From: an uncultured Acidimicrobiales bacterium
GTDB taxonomy: Bacteria; Actinomycetota; Acidimicrobiia; Acidimicrobiales; SZUA-35
DNA length: 64,000 nt
Assembly: GCA_963698395.1 (NCBI GenBank)
Contig: CAVOQQ010000006.1
Location: 482,098 to 546,097, forward strand
Reading direction: 5' to 3'
Shown here: piece by piece, positions 9,768-18,755 of the stretch
Layout of the letters: each line of letters begins with the position of its first letter
Numbering within the stretch: position 1 is the first letter of the stretch
The notes under the pieces: generated by a model
The model's input: the letters and a program-made list of their open reading frames with translations, nothing else
What the model was told of the DNA's origin: nothing
Databases searched by the model: none
Made by a program: the position numbers and the translations under genes

Positions 9768-11486
9768 TCACCTGGCCAAGGCGCTGATGTACTCCTGCGA
9801 GGGGGTCCGGCGGTCACGCTCGGGACTCGCTGCCTGCCAGCTCCGAATGCCGCCGGTGAGGTTGCGAACGTCGAAGCCGCGTAGGCGAAGCATCCGATAG
9901 GCGAAGTACGAGCGCTGGCCCGAGAAGCAGTGGACGATGATGCGCTTGTGCGGATCGAGCTCGCCGATACGGTTGCGCAGCTCGTCGAGCGGGATGTGGA
10001 TCGAGCCGGGGATGCTGCTGGCGGCGTGCTCGGAGGCACTGCGGACGTCGAGCAGCACCGTGTTCTCGTCGAGCGCATCGACTTCGAACCAGTGGGCGAT
10101 CTCGACATCGTCGTTCACCACATTGCGGGCTGCCATGGCGAGGAGGTTGGCCGGGTCTTTCGGCGCTCCGTAGGCCGGGGCGTAGCAGAGTTCGAGTTGG
10201 GCGACGTCGTCGACCGAGAGCCCGCCCTGGATCGCCGTTGCGAGGACGTCGATGCGCCGAGCTGCCGACGCGTCGCCGACGACCTGCGCACCGTAGATCG
10301 TGCCGTCCTCGGCCGAGAACACGAGCTTCATGTCGAGCATCTCGGCGCCGGGGTAGTAGCTGACGTGCGACAGGGGATGGACGTGCACGGTCTCGAAGGC
10401 GATGCCGGCTCGGCGCAGCAGACGCTCGCTGAGACCGGTGGCGGCAACGGTGAGATCGAAGACCCGCACGACCGACGTGCCCCAGGTGCCGCGGTAACGA
10501 GAGGGTCGGCCCATCACGTTGTCGGCGGCGACTCGGCCCTGGCGGTTGGCGGGACCAGCGAGGGGGATGAGCGACCAGTCCTGGGTGACGGGATTGCGGA
10601 CCTCGATGGCGTCACCGACGGCCCAGATGTGCGGATCGTTGGTTCGCATGTGCTGGTTGACGCGGATGCCGCCGAGTTCACCGACATCGAGCCCGCAGTC
10701 TCGGGCGAGCGTGACCTCGGGCTTCACCCCGAGGCTCAGCATCACGAGGTCGGTCGGCACTCGTTCACCGGTGGACAGCACCACGGTCGATGCTGCGGCG
10801 GTTTCGCCGTCAGCCGGCTCCTCGAACCCGACGACGGTGGTGTTCACTCGCACGTCGATGTCGTGGTCCTCCAGCTGTCGCTGCACCCAGAAGGCCATGT
10901 CTTCGTCGATGGCTCCCATGACCTGCGGGGCGGCTTCGATCAACGTGATCGCCATGCCCATGCTCGTCAGCTGCTCGACCATCTCGAGCCCGATGAAGCC
11001 GGCCCCCACCACGGTGGCGTGCTTGGGCGCGACCGACGCGTTCCACGCGATCACGGCGTCCATGTCGGGGATCCACCGAAGGGCGAAGTGTCCCGGACGG
11101 TCGATGCCGGGAATCGGTGGGTCGACGGCGATGGCGCCGGGCGCGAGCACGAGGTCGTCGTAGCTCTCGGTGTAGGTCTCGTCGGTGAGCAGATTGCGGA
11201 TCTCGACGGTTCGGTGTTCCCGATCGATCGACAGGGCTTCGCATTGCGTGCGAACGTCGAGCCCGAACCGGTTCTTCAGACCTTCCGGTGTCTGGACGAG
11301 CAGGTCTTCGCGATGCTCGATCTCGCCACTGATGTGGAAGGGGAGCCCGCAGTTGGCGTAGGAGACGAAGCTGCCCTTCTCGATCACGATGATGTGGGCT
11401 TCTTCGGACAACCGGCGGGCACGAGCAGCCACGCTGGCTCCTCCGGCAACCCCGCCGATGATGATGAGCTTCTGGTGATCGGGCAT
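9768..11486 (-). CDS. CoA-disulfide reductase-like FAD/NAD(P) oxidoreductase fused to a C-terminal rhodanese domain
   Basis: Motifs are IIIGGVAGG, the redox Cys in SYANCGLPF, a second dinucleotide motif VVGAGFIGLE, and a C-terminal rhodanese active-site loop HCFSGQRS. I prefer ATG 11486 (MPDHQKLIIIGG) over the track's TTG at 11504. Confidence 0.85.
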   Translation of the reverse strand: MPDHQKLIIIGGVAGGASVAARARRLSEEAHIIVIEKGSFVSYANCGLPFHISGEIEHREDLLVQTPEGLKNRFGLDVRTQCEALSIDREHRTVEIRNLLTDETYTESYDDLVLAPGAIAVDPPIPGIDRPGHFALRWIPDMDAVIAWNASVAPKHATVVGAGFIGLEMVEQLTSMGMAITLIEAAPQVMGAIDEDMAFWVQRQLEDHDIDVRVNTTVVGFEEPADGETAAASTVVLSTGERVPTDLVMLSLGVKPEVTLARDCGLDVGELGGIRVNQHMRTNDPHIWAVGDAIEVRNPVTQDWSLIPLAGPANRQGRVAADNVMGRPSRYRGTWGTSVVRVFDLTVAATGLSERLLRRAGIAFETVHVHPLSHVSYYPGAEMLDMKLVFSAEDGTIYGAQVVGDASAARRIDVLATAIQGGLSVDDVAQLELCYAPAYGAPKDPANLLAMAARNVVNDDVEIAHWFEVDALDENTVLLDVRSASEHAASSIPGSIHIPLDELRNRIGELDPHKRIIVHCFSGQRSYFAYRMLRLRGFDVRNLTGGIRSWQAASPERDRRTPSQEYISALAR

Positions 11487-11504
11487 ACCGATCACGGTAG
11501 GCAA

Positions 11505-11518
11505 ATTGTCCGGACAAT
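11505..11518. promoter_or_regulatory. Perfect 14-bp palindrome ATTGTCCGGACAAT, candidate operator upstream of the CoADR-rhodanese gene
   Basis: Read directly from the sequence. It lies 19-32 nt upstream of ATG 11486. A TACCGT (TANNNT-type -10) sits between it and the ATG, 7 nt from the start codon. Confidence 0.5.
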
Positions 11519-11570
11519 GACCAGGGTCTTTGGTCAGGGTCTTCGGTCAGGGTCTTCGGTCAGGGGGTTC
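11519..11570. repeat. Four tandem 13-bp direct repeats (GGTCAGGGTCTTC consensus)
   Basis: gaccagggtcttt / ggtcagggtcttc / ggtcagggtcttc / ggtcagggggttc, contiguous, lying between the stop of the upstream acyl-CoA synthetase gene (11585) and the palindrome. Confidence 0.9.
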
Positions 11571-11584
11571 GCACGGAACGGGGA

Positions 11585-13198
11585 TCAGTTGACGCCGCGT
11601 TCGGTGTCGGACCAGTAGCGGGCGCGTAGGGCCTTCTTGTCGGCCTTGCCGACGGCGGTGATCGGGAGCGAGTCGACGATCTCGACCGTCTTCGGCGCAT
11701 AGACCGGACCCTTGCGTTCCTTCACCAGCGCGATCAGCCCAGCCGGATCGATGGTGGCGCCGGGCTTGGCGACGACGAGCGCAGTCACGGCCTCACCCCA
11801 TTTGTCGTCGGGGACGCCGATCACCGCAGCGGCCGAGACCGAAGGGTCGGAGGTGAGGACGTCTTCGATTTCCCGTGGGAAGACGTTGAACCCGCCCGAC
11901 ACGATCATGTCCTTCTTCCGGTCGACGATGGTGATGAAGCCGTCGTCGTCGACCGTTGCCATGTCGCCGGTGTGAAGCCAGCCATCGATCAGGGTCTCGG
12001 CCGTGAGCTCGGGTTGCTTCCAGTAGCCGGTCATGACCGTCGGCCCCTGCACACAGATCTCTCCGGCAACACCGGGCGACACGGGCTGGTGGTCGTCGTC
12101 GAGCACCTCGACGCGATTGCCCGGCATCGGCATCCCGCAGGAAGTGAGCCGGACGAGGTCGGTGATGTCGTGCTGTGCACGCCACATGGCGGTGGCGGTC
12201 CCCGCACACTCGGTCTGGCCGTAGAGCTGGGAGAAGACCGGACCGATGCGGTCGATGGCTTCGACCAGTCGGGTGGGCGACATCGGCGACGCGCCGTACA
12301 TCACGGTTTCGAGTGTCGACAGCTCGGCGAACTCCAGGTCGGGGTGGTCGAGCACGGCGTAGATCATCGTGGGGACGAGGAGGCTCAGCGTGATCTTCTG
12401 ATCGTCGATGGCCCGCAGCCACTCGGCGGGGTTGAAACCGGCATGGAGGAAGACGGTGCCGCCGGCCATCATCGTGGGCACGACGAGCATGCCGGCGGCA
12501 TGGCTGATCGGAGCGACGGCGAGATAGCGGCGTTCGGCCGGCAGATCCCAACCGACCGACACGCTGAACGTCATCTGGGCCAGGCCACGTTCGGTCAGCA
12601 TGGCCGCCTTCGGCACGCCGGTGGTGCCGCCGGTGTAGAGCAGCCAGGCGATGTCGTCGGGGGTGTGCGGTCCGGCGTCGAGCGGTGCGGAAGCGATGCC
12701 CTCGAGCGCCGCTGCCAGTTCCTCGCCGGTTTCCTGGTCGGTCGGGCCGAGGTAGAAGACCTGCTCGAGGGCGGGGCACCGAGCCAGGAGTTGGGCTCCA
12801 CGCTCGGCGTAGGCCGGGTCGACGAAGAGGAACTTGAGCTCGGCCTCGTCACAGGAATAGACGTGATCATCGAGCGAGCCCAGCGGGTGCAGAGCGGTGT
12901 AGCGGCCGCCGGCAAAAGCAGGAGCCGTCTGGGCGATCCACACCTCGGCCCGGTTCGGCGACAGCACCCCGACACCATCGGCCCGTTGCAGGCCGCGGTT
13001 TCGCAGCAGTGTGATCCACTGGCTCATGGCGTCGGCGGTCTCCCGGTAGGTCCAGGTTCGGTGCGGGTCGACGAAGAGTTCACGATCGGGGAACCGGCGG
13101 ATCGCGTTGAGCACCACTTGGGTGTAGGTCGCCCCCGTCGGCTGCGTCCCCATGGACGGAGCTGCGGTATCTTGCGCAATCTCGTTGGTCATGTCCAT
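11585..13198 (-). CDS. Acyl-CoA synthetase (AMP-forming, FadD-like)
   Basis: 537 aa with the AMP-binding motif LLYTGGTTGVPKAAM and the later TGDMATVDDDGFITIVDRKKD block. Confidence 0.9.
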   Translation of the reverse strand: MDMTNEIAQDTAAPSMGTQPTGATYTQVVLNAIRRFPDRELFVDPHRTWTYRETADAMSQWITLLRNRGLQRADGVGVLSPNRAEVWIAQTAPAFAGGRYTALHPLGSLDDHVYSCDEAELKFLFVDPAYAERGAQLLARCPALEQVFYLGPTDQETGEELAAALEGIASAPLDAGPHTPDDIAWLLYTGGTTGVPKAAMLTERGLAQMTFSVSVGWDLPAERRYLAVAPISHAAGMLVVPTMMAGGTVFLHAGFNPAEWLRAIDDQKITLSLLVPTMIYAVLDHPDLEFAELSTLETVMYGASPMSPTRLVEAIDRIGPVFSQLYGQTECAGTATAMWRAQHDITDLVRLTSCGMPMPGNRVEVLDDDHQPVSPGVAGEICVQGPTVMTGYWKQPELTAETLIDGWLHTGDMATVDDDGFITIVDRKKDMIVSGGFNVFPREIEDVLTSDPSVSAAAVIGVPDDKWGEAVTALVVAKPGATIDPAGLIALVKERKGPVYAPKTVEIVDSLPITAVGKADKKALRARYWSDTERGVN

Positions 13199-13269
13199 TG
13201 TCTAGAACAAGGGACTCGTCGGCGCCAGGAAGCGGCGTCGGCGAAGCGGGCCGCCGACAGGAGTCACCC

Positions 13270-14718
13270 ATGAGCCAGCCGAACTTCGTCGTGATCATCG
13301 CCGATCAGCTTCGAGCCGATGCCGTCGGCGCCTTCGGCTGTGCCTTCGCCTCGACCCCCAACATCGATGCTCTTGCCGAGCGCGGGGCGAGATTCACCAA
13401 CGCCTTCGTCCAGCACACGGTGTGCTCACCGAGTCGCGTGTCGTTCCTCACCGGTTGGTATCCCCACGTTCGAGGGCATCGCAGCCTCGGGCATCTCCTG
13501 CGGCCTGAGGACCCCAACCTGCTGAAGACACTGAAGTCGAGCGGCTACCACGTCGCCCACGCCGGACTTCGCGGTGACACCTGGGCACCAGGTGCAACCG
13601 AGGTGAGCTGTGACGAGTACGGCTGGGCCGAGCCGCCGACCGTCCCGATGATGGGGGCGATGCAGGAGATGGATCACGACGATCCGCTCGCTCGGGCGTT
13701 CTCTGTTGGTGAGCGGTCGTCGGGCGACGACTTCGACGAGGCCGCCGTTCGAGCTGCCGAAGCCTGGCTCGAACGGCGACCCACCGATCAGCCGTGGATG
13801 CTGTACATCCCGCTGATCTTTCCGCACTGCCCGTTCACCGTCGAGGAACCGTGGTTCTCCCTGCACGACCGCGCTGCGCTTCGGCCGCGACGCCCGCCTG
13901 TGCAGACGGGGCACGAGCCCGAGTACATGCAGCATCTGCGTGACACCTATGGAACGGATCGACTCACCGATGAGCAGTGGCGCGAAATCGCCGGGACATA
14001 CCACGGGATGGTCTCGCGTATGGACGGTCACGTCGGCCGGGTGATCGAGGCACTCGGTGAGGAGGACGACACCTACATCATCTTCTTCAGCGATCACGGC
14101 GAGTATCTCGGCGACTACGACCTCATCGAGAAGTGGCCGGCCGGTGTGCACGATTGCCTCGCTCGCGATCCGTTCGTGATCGCCGGTCCGCACGTCATGC
14201 CGGGCACCGTCGTCGATGACATGGTCGAAATGGTCGACCTCGTACCCACCGTGCACGAACTGGCCGGCGTCGAGGCCGACGACACCCACTTCGGGAGGAG
14301 CCTGGTGCCGCTGTTGCAGGCGGAGGGCGGGGAACATCGTCGCTACGCCCTCACCGAGGGCGGGTTCCTCGTCGAGCAGGAGCAGCTCTTCGAGACCTCG
14401 GCATTCCCCTACGATCTGAAGAGTCAGGCCCAGCACGATCGTCCCGAGACGATCGGCAAGGTCGTTGCCATCCGATCCAAAGAGTGGACGTATGTGTGGC
14501 GGCTCTACGAACCGCCTGAGCTGTACGATCGGCGAGCCGATCCTGGCGAACTCCACAACCTGGCCGGGTTGCCGGAGCACGCCGAGCGCGAATCGATGAT
14601 GCGCAACGAACTGCTGCAGTGGATGGTGGCCACGTCCGACGTGATGCCATGGGCGGCCGAACCCCGATTCCCCCACATCGATCTTCCGGCGACCGGCTCG
14701 GTCGAGGTGGCACGATGA
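13270..14718 (+). CDS. Type I sulfatase, Cys-type (CSPSR formylglycine motif)
   Basis: ATG 13270 (MSQPNFVVIIADQLRADAVG), preceded by CAGGAG. Sulfatase signature HTVCSPSRVSFLTGWYPH. No signal peptide. Confidence 0.85.
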   Translation: MSQPNFVVIIADQLRADAVGAFGCAFASTPNIDALAERGARFTNAFVQHTVCSPSRVSFLTGWYPHVRGHRSLGHLLRPEDPNLLKTLKSSGYHVAHAGLRGDTWAPGATEVSCDEYGWAEPPTVPMMGAMQEMDHDDPLARAFSVGERSSGDDFDEAAVRAAEAWLERRPTDQPWMLYIPLIFPHCPFTVEEPWFSLHDRAALRPRRPPVQTGHEPEYMQHLRDTYGTDRLTDEQWREIAGTYHGMVSRMDGHVGRVIEALGEEDDTYIIFFSDHGEYLGDYDLIEKWPAGVHDCLARDPFVIAGPHVMPGTVVDDMVEMVDLVPTVHELAGVEADDTHFGRSLVPLLQAEGGEHRRYALTEGGFLVEQEQLFETSAFPYDLKSQAQHDRPETIGKVVAIRSKEWTYVWRLYEPPELYDRRADPGELHNLAGLPEHAERESMMRNELLQWMVATSDVMPWAAEPRFPHIDLPATGSVEVAR

Positions 14719-16211
14719 CGGCTCCGGAGCGGCGACCGAACATCATCATGATCCTCACCGACGACCACGCCGCGCACTCGGTGGGTTGCTACGGATCGGT
14801 CGTCAACCAGACGCCACGGATCGACGAGATCGCCGAGCAGGGTTGGCGGTTCGACAACTGCTTCGTCACCAACTCCCTCTCCGCGCCATCTCGAGCTTCC
14901 ATCCTCACCGGCACTTACAGCCACGTGAACGGGGTGCTGACCCTGTTCACGCCGATCGACGCCAGTCAGCCCACGTTCATCTCCCAGTTGCGTGCCGCCG
15001 GGTACAAGACCGCCATGATCGGCAAGTGGCACATGGGACATGGTGAGGGGCACGACCCGGAGAACTTCGACCACTGGGACATCGTTCCCGGTCAGGGCGA
15101 GTACTGGAACCCCACGTTCATCAACGCCGAGGGTCGTCGCCAGATCGAGGGCTACGCCACCGACATCATCACCGACCTCGCCACCGATTGGGTCGAGTCG
15201 CTCGACGGCGACGACCCGTGGTGCGTCCTCATCTACCACAAGGCCCCCCATCGCCCCTGGGAACCCAAGCCCGAGCACACGGCCCGCTACGAAGCGCCCG
15301 TCCCGGTGCCGGAAACGTTCTGGGACGACTATTCGACTCGCAGCAGCTCGGCCCGGCGCACGGCGATGCGTGTGGCCGATCACCTCAGCGCCGAAGACCT
15401 CAAGGAAGACCCGCCCGAAGGCCTCTCGTACGAGGACCTGGCGGTGTGGAAGTACCAGCGCTACATGCAGGACTACCTCGCCTGCGTCGAGTCGGTCGAC
15501 GAGAACGTCGGCCGGGTGATCGACTGGCTGCGTGCGCGTGGTGATTTCGATGACACCATGCTGATGTACGCCTCGGATCAGGGGTTCTTCCTCGGTGATC
15601 ACGGCTGGTTCGACAAGCGACTGATGTACGAGGAGTCGCTGCGGATGCCGTTCGTGTTGAGCTATCCGCGTCGCGTCGGCGCCGGGAAGGCGTTCGACGG
15701 CATCGTCACCAACGTCGACATGGCCCAGACCATCCTCGACGCCGCCGGGGTGGAGCACCACCCGCGCATGCAGGGGCGCAGCTTCTGGCCTGATCTCGTC
15801 GAACAGCAGGAGCTGCCGCCGACCGAGGGCATGTACTACCGCTACTGGGAACACGACGACATGATCCACAAGGCGCCGGCGCACTACGGCTACCGGACCG
15901 ATCGGTACAAGCTGATCTACTTCTACAACGAGGGGTTCGGCCTGCCGTGGACATCGTTCTTCACGTACCCCGCCGAATGGGAGCTCTACGATCTCGAGGC
16001 TGATCCAGCGGAGCTGAACAACGTCTATGACGATCCGGCGTATCGAGAGATCCGCGAGGAGCTGAAGACGGCGATGTGGCGAGAGCAGTCACGCCTCGAT
16101 GACGCACCACATGCGTCGCAGCCGGTGCCGGCGGGCGTCGAGGGTGTCCCGGTGGCCGAGCTTCCCAAGCTCCCTCGCTACCGCTGGCTCAACCTCGGGG
16201 GCCAGGGCTGA
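14715..16211 (+). CDS. Type I sulfatase, Ser-type (SAPSR motif)
   Basis: ATG 14715 overlaps the upstream stop (ATGA). Sequence MTAPERRPNIIMILTDDHAAH...NSLSAPSRASILTGTYSH. No signal peptide. Confidence 0.85.
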   Translation: MTAPERRPNIIMILTDDHAAHSVGCYGSVVNQTPRIDEIAEQGWRFDNCFVTNSLSAPSRASILTGTYSHVNGVLTLFTPIDASQPTFISQLRAAGYKTAMIGKWHMGHGEGHDPENFDHWDIVPGQGEYWNPTFINAEGRRQIEGYATDIITDLATDWVESLDGDDPWCVLIYHKAPHRPWEPKPEHTARYEAPVPVPETFWDDYSTRSSSARRTAMRVADHLSAEDLKEDPPEGLSYEDLAVWKYQRYMQDYLACVESVDENVGRVIDWLRARGDFDDTMLMYASDQGFFLGDHGWFDKRLMYEESLRMPFVLSYPRRVGAGKAFDGIVTNVDMAQTILDAAGVEHHPRMQGRSFWPDLVEQQELPPTEGMYYRYWEHDDMIHKAPAHYGYRTDRYKLIYFYNEGFGLPWTSFFTYPAEWELYDLEADPAELNNVYDDPAYREIREELKTAMWREQSRLDDAPHASQPVPAGVEGVPVAELPKLPRYRWLNLGGQG

Positions 16212-16232
16212 TCCATCGATTGCTCTCGTGAC

Positions 16233-18086
16233 TCAGCGGCTCTCGAAGGCGTAGGGGTCGAGCGTGTTCTGGGCCGCGATGCGGTACTTGTGCCAGCGGT
16301 TTCCGCCGTAGTAGGCCAGGCTGCCCGGCTCGGCGTCGCCGTCGCCGTTGTAATAGGAGATGCAGTCTCGTAGCGGCGCCGTTGCGATGTCGGCGGCTCG
16401 ACAGTGCTCGGCGTACTCCTCTTCGGGTTGCTTGTCGATGTCGACGACGTCGGCGCCACGCTCGCGCATCGTGGTGAGCATCCAGGCCACGTAGTCGACG
16501 TGTTGCTCGATGGCGTCGGTGAAGTTGAAGCTGCCGCCGCCCCCCTGCGGACCGGTCACGATGAAGAGGTTCGGGAAGCCGTGGCTGTGGAGGCCGAGGA
16601 ATGTCTTGGTGCCTTCGGTCTGCCACTTCTCGCTCAACGTCTGTCCCCCTCGGCCGGTCACCATGTTGAAGGTCGAGGTGGCCATCCACTGGAAACCCGT
16701 GGCGTAGATGAGGACGTCGAGCGGGTACTCGGTGTCGCCGTGGACCACGCCTCGTTCGTTGATCTTGCTCACGCCGAGTGGAGCGGTATCGACCAGTGTG
16801 ACGTTCGGTCGGTTGAAGGTCGGCAGGAACTCGTCGTGGAACGTCGGGCGCTTGCAGCCGTAGGGGTAGTACGGCTTGAGCGCCTCGGCCGTTTCGGGGT
16901 CTTCGACGATCGCATCGATGCGGGCCCGGATCTGTTCCATGATGCGGAAGTTGGTGTCGAGCTGCTTGTCGACCATCTCCTGCTGCGACAGTTTGCGATC
17001 GTGCTCCTTGCGCTCCTTGAAGTCGGCCACCTTGCCGGCGAGATAGTCGTCGTTGGCCTTGATGGCAGTGCGGCCGGCGGAGATCTTGGAGAATCGGGCC
17101 CGGCGGGCCCGGGCCCAGCCGGGTTCCTTCGCCCACTGCGCCATCTCTTCGGGTGTGGTCGCCCGTTGGTCGCGAACGTCGATGGTCGACGGCGTGCGTT
17201 GGAAGACGAACAGCTCGCCGACGACCTTGGCCAGTTCGGGGATGACCTGCACCGCGGTGGCACCGGTGCCGATGATGCCGACACGCTTGCCCTCGAGATC
17301 GACGTCGTAGTTCCAGCGAGAGGTGTGGAACGCATCGCCCTGGAACGTTTCCATGCCGTCGATCCGGGCCAGCTTCGGGCTCGTGAGGATGCCGTTGGCC
17401 AGAATGACAACCCGAGCCTTCATGGCATCGCCACGGTCGGTGTAGACCGTCCACCGGCCTTCGGACTCGTCCCAATCGGTCTTCTCGACCGTGGTGTGGA
17501 ACAGGCAGTGGTCGTAGAAGCCGAAACGTTCGGCCATCTGTTGGCAGTACTCGAGGATCTCGAATCCCGAGGCGAACTTCATGGCCGGCACGTACTCCAT
17601 CTCCTCCAGCAGGGGGAGATAGCTGTAGGCCTCGACGTCGCAGGCCACGCCGGGATAGCGGTTCCAGTACCAGGTGCCGCCGACGTCGCCGCCTTTCTCG
17701 CAGAACCGCACGTCGGTGAACCCGGCTTCTCGCAGCTTGTACCACAGCATCAGCCCGGCGAATCCGGCGCCGACGACGACGATGTCGCATTCGTCGGTCA
17801 GGGCCTCCCGAGCGACGGGCTCGGCCGAGTAGACGTCTTCGAGATACTTCGAGAACTCGCCCTCCATCGCCATGTAGTCGGCGGCGCCTCGGCGAGCTTC
17901 TTTGAACTCGCGATACTTCGCCTGTTCCTCGGCGTTGAACTTGGCCCCGGCGGGTTGCGGTGGCAGTTCCTTCAATGACTCGTCGTCGATGATCGAGTAG
18001 CCCTTGCCCGCGATGCGATCGTTGGCCTTGGCGGCGCGAGTGGCAAAGATCTTGAGACCGGTTTCCGGGTCGATCGAGATGGACAT
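16233..18086 (-). CDS. Baeyer-Villiger (type I flavin) monooxygenase with ~130-aa N-terminal extension
   Basis: ATG 18086 (MSISIDPETG), preceded by GAGGAG. FAD motif VVVGAGFAGL, BVMO fingerprint FQGDAFHTSRWN, NADP motif GIIGTGATAVQ. Confidence 0.85.
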   Translation of the reverse strand: MSISIDPETGLKIFATRAAKANDRIAGKGYSIIDDESLKELPPQPAGAKFNAEEQAKYREFKEARRGAADYMAMEGEFSKYLEDVYSAEPVAREALTDECDIVVVGAGFAGLMLWYKLREAGFTDVRFCEKGGDVGGTWYWNRYPGVACDVEAYSYLPLLEEMEYVPAMKFASGFEILEYCQQMAERFGFYDHCLFHTTVEKTDWDESEGRWTVYTDRGDAMKARVVILANGILTSPKLARIDGMETFQGDAFHTSRWNYDVDLEGKRVGIIGTGATAVQVIPELAKVVGELFVFQRTPSTIDVRDQRATTPEEMAQWAKEPGWARARRARFSKISAGRTAIKANDDYLAGKVADFKERKEHDRKLSQQEMVDKQLDTNFRIMEQIRARIDAIVEDPETAEALKPYYPYGCKRPTFHDEFLPTFNRPNVTLVDTAPLGVSKINERGVVHGDTEYPLDVLIYATGFQWMATSTFNMVTGRGGQTLSEKWQTEGTKTFLGLHSHGFPNLFIVTGPQGGGGSFNFTDAIEQHVDYVAWMLTTMRERGADVVDIDKQPEEEYAEHCRAADIATAPLRDCISYYNGDGDAEPGSLAYYGGNRWHKYRIAAQNTLDPYAFESR

Positions 18087-18332
18087 GCGTCGGCTCCTCT
18101 GCGGATCGGGAGCAGCGTTCGGCGAGGCCCGCCCCCTGGGCACGCCCGACGCTACAACGCCCCGGTCGTCCGAATCACATTGCTCGGCGCGGGAGCAGGA
18201 GTCGTGGTGTGTGACGTGGACGAAGCCGGCCTCACGTCGCTCACCGACGAGGCCGGAATCATGGATCACTTCCTGCCACTGGGCGAGGTCGGCGACGACA
18301 CCTGGCAGCGGGTGATCGGAGCCGGTGACGCG

Positions 18333-18626
18333 TCAGCTCTTGGCCTCGTCGGCGGTGTCGGTCGCCTCGGTGGCGGCGTCGTCGACGAGGTCGGTTGCGG
18401 CCTTGGCAGCGGCGTCGGTGTCGATGGTTTCGTCGAGGTCGATCTCGGTGTCGGAATCGGCGATGTCGCCGAGCTTGCTCTCGACGGTGGAGGTGACCTT
18501 GGTGATCTTGTCGGTGTACTTGCCGCCGGTCTTCTTGTCGATCATCTCGCTGACGCCTCCGAGTTGGTCGGTGATCTTCGACGAGTTCTTGGAGAGCAGG
18601 GACTTGGCTTGATCGAGGAATTTCAT
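18333..18626 (-). CDS. Rv0909/MT0933-like 'antitoxin' family small protein with acidic C-terminal tail
   Basis: ATG 18626 (MKFLDQAKSLLSKNSSKITDQLGGVSEMIDKKTGGKYTDKITK), preceded by GGAGA. The N-terminal 50 aa match my memory of the MT0933-antitoxin family pattern (...KTGGKY...). Confidence 0.6.
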   Translation of the reverse strand: MKFLDQAKSLLSKNSSKITDQLGGVSEMIDKKTGGKYTDKITKVTSTVESKLGDIADSDTEIDLDETIDTDAAAKAATDLVDDAATEATDTADEAKS

Positions 18627-18755
18627 GGTGGTGTCTCCGATAGTGGCAGGAACGAACACCAACCTAGGTCCGTTCGGTCGCATTGGCGTTCACCCCTGCC
18701 CAGGTGCAACAAGGCGTTCACATGGCTGCCGGCTGTCGAGTCGCTCGCCAGAGGG

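Noticed and set aside
18180-18332. Plus-strand fragment ...GAGAGVVVCDVDEAGLTSLTDEAGIMDHFLPLGEVGDDTWQRVIG... resembling the N-terminal third of an SDR, in the 246-bp gap upstream of the BVMO
   Set aside because: It covers only about 50 residues, has no proper start or RBS, and runs into the convergent small gene. It could be a gene remnant, but the similarity is too short to support a pseudogene call.
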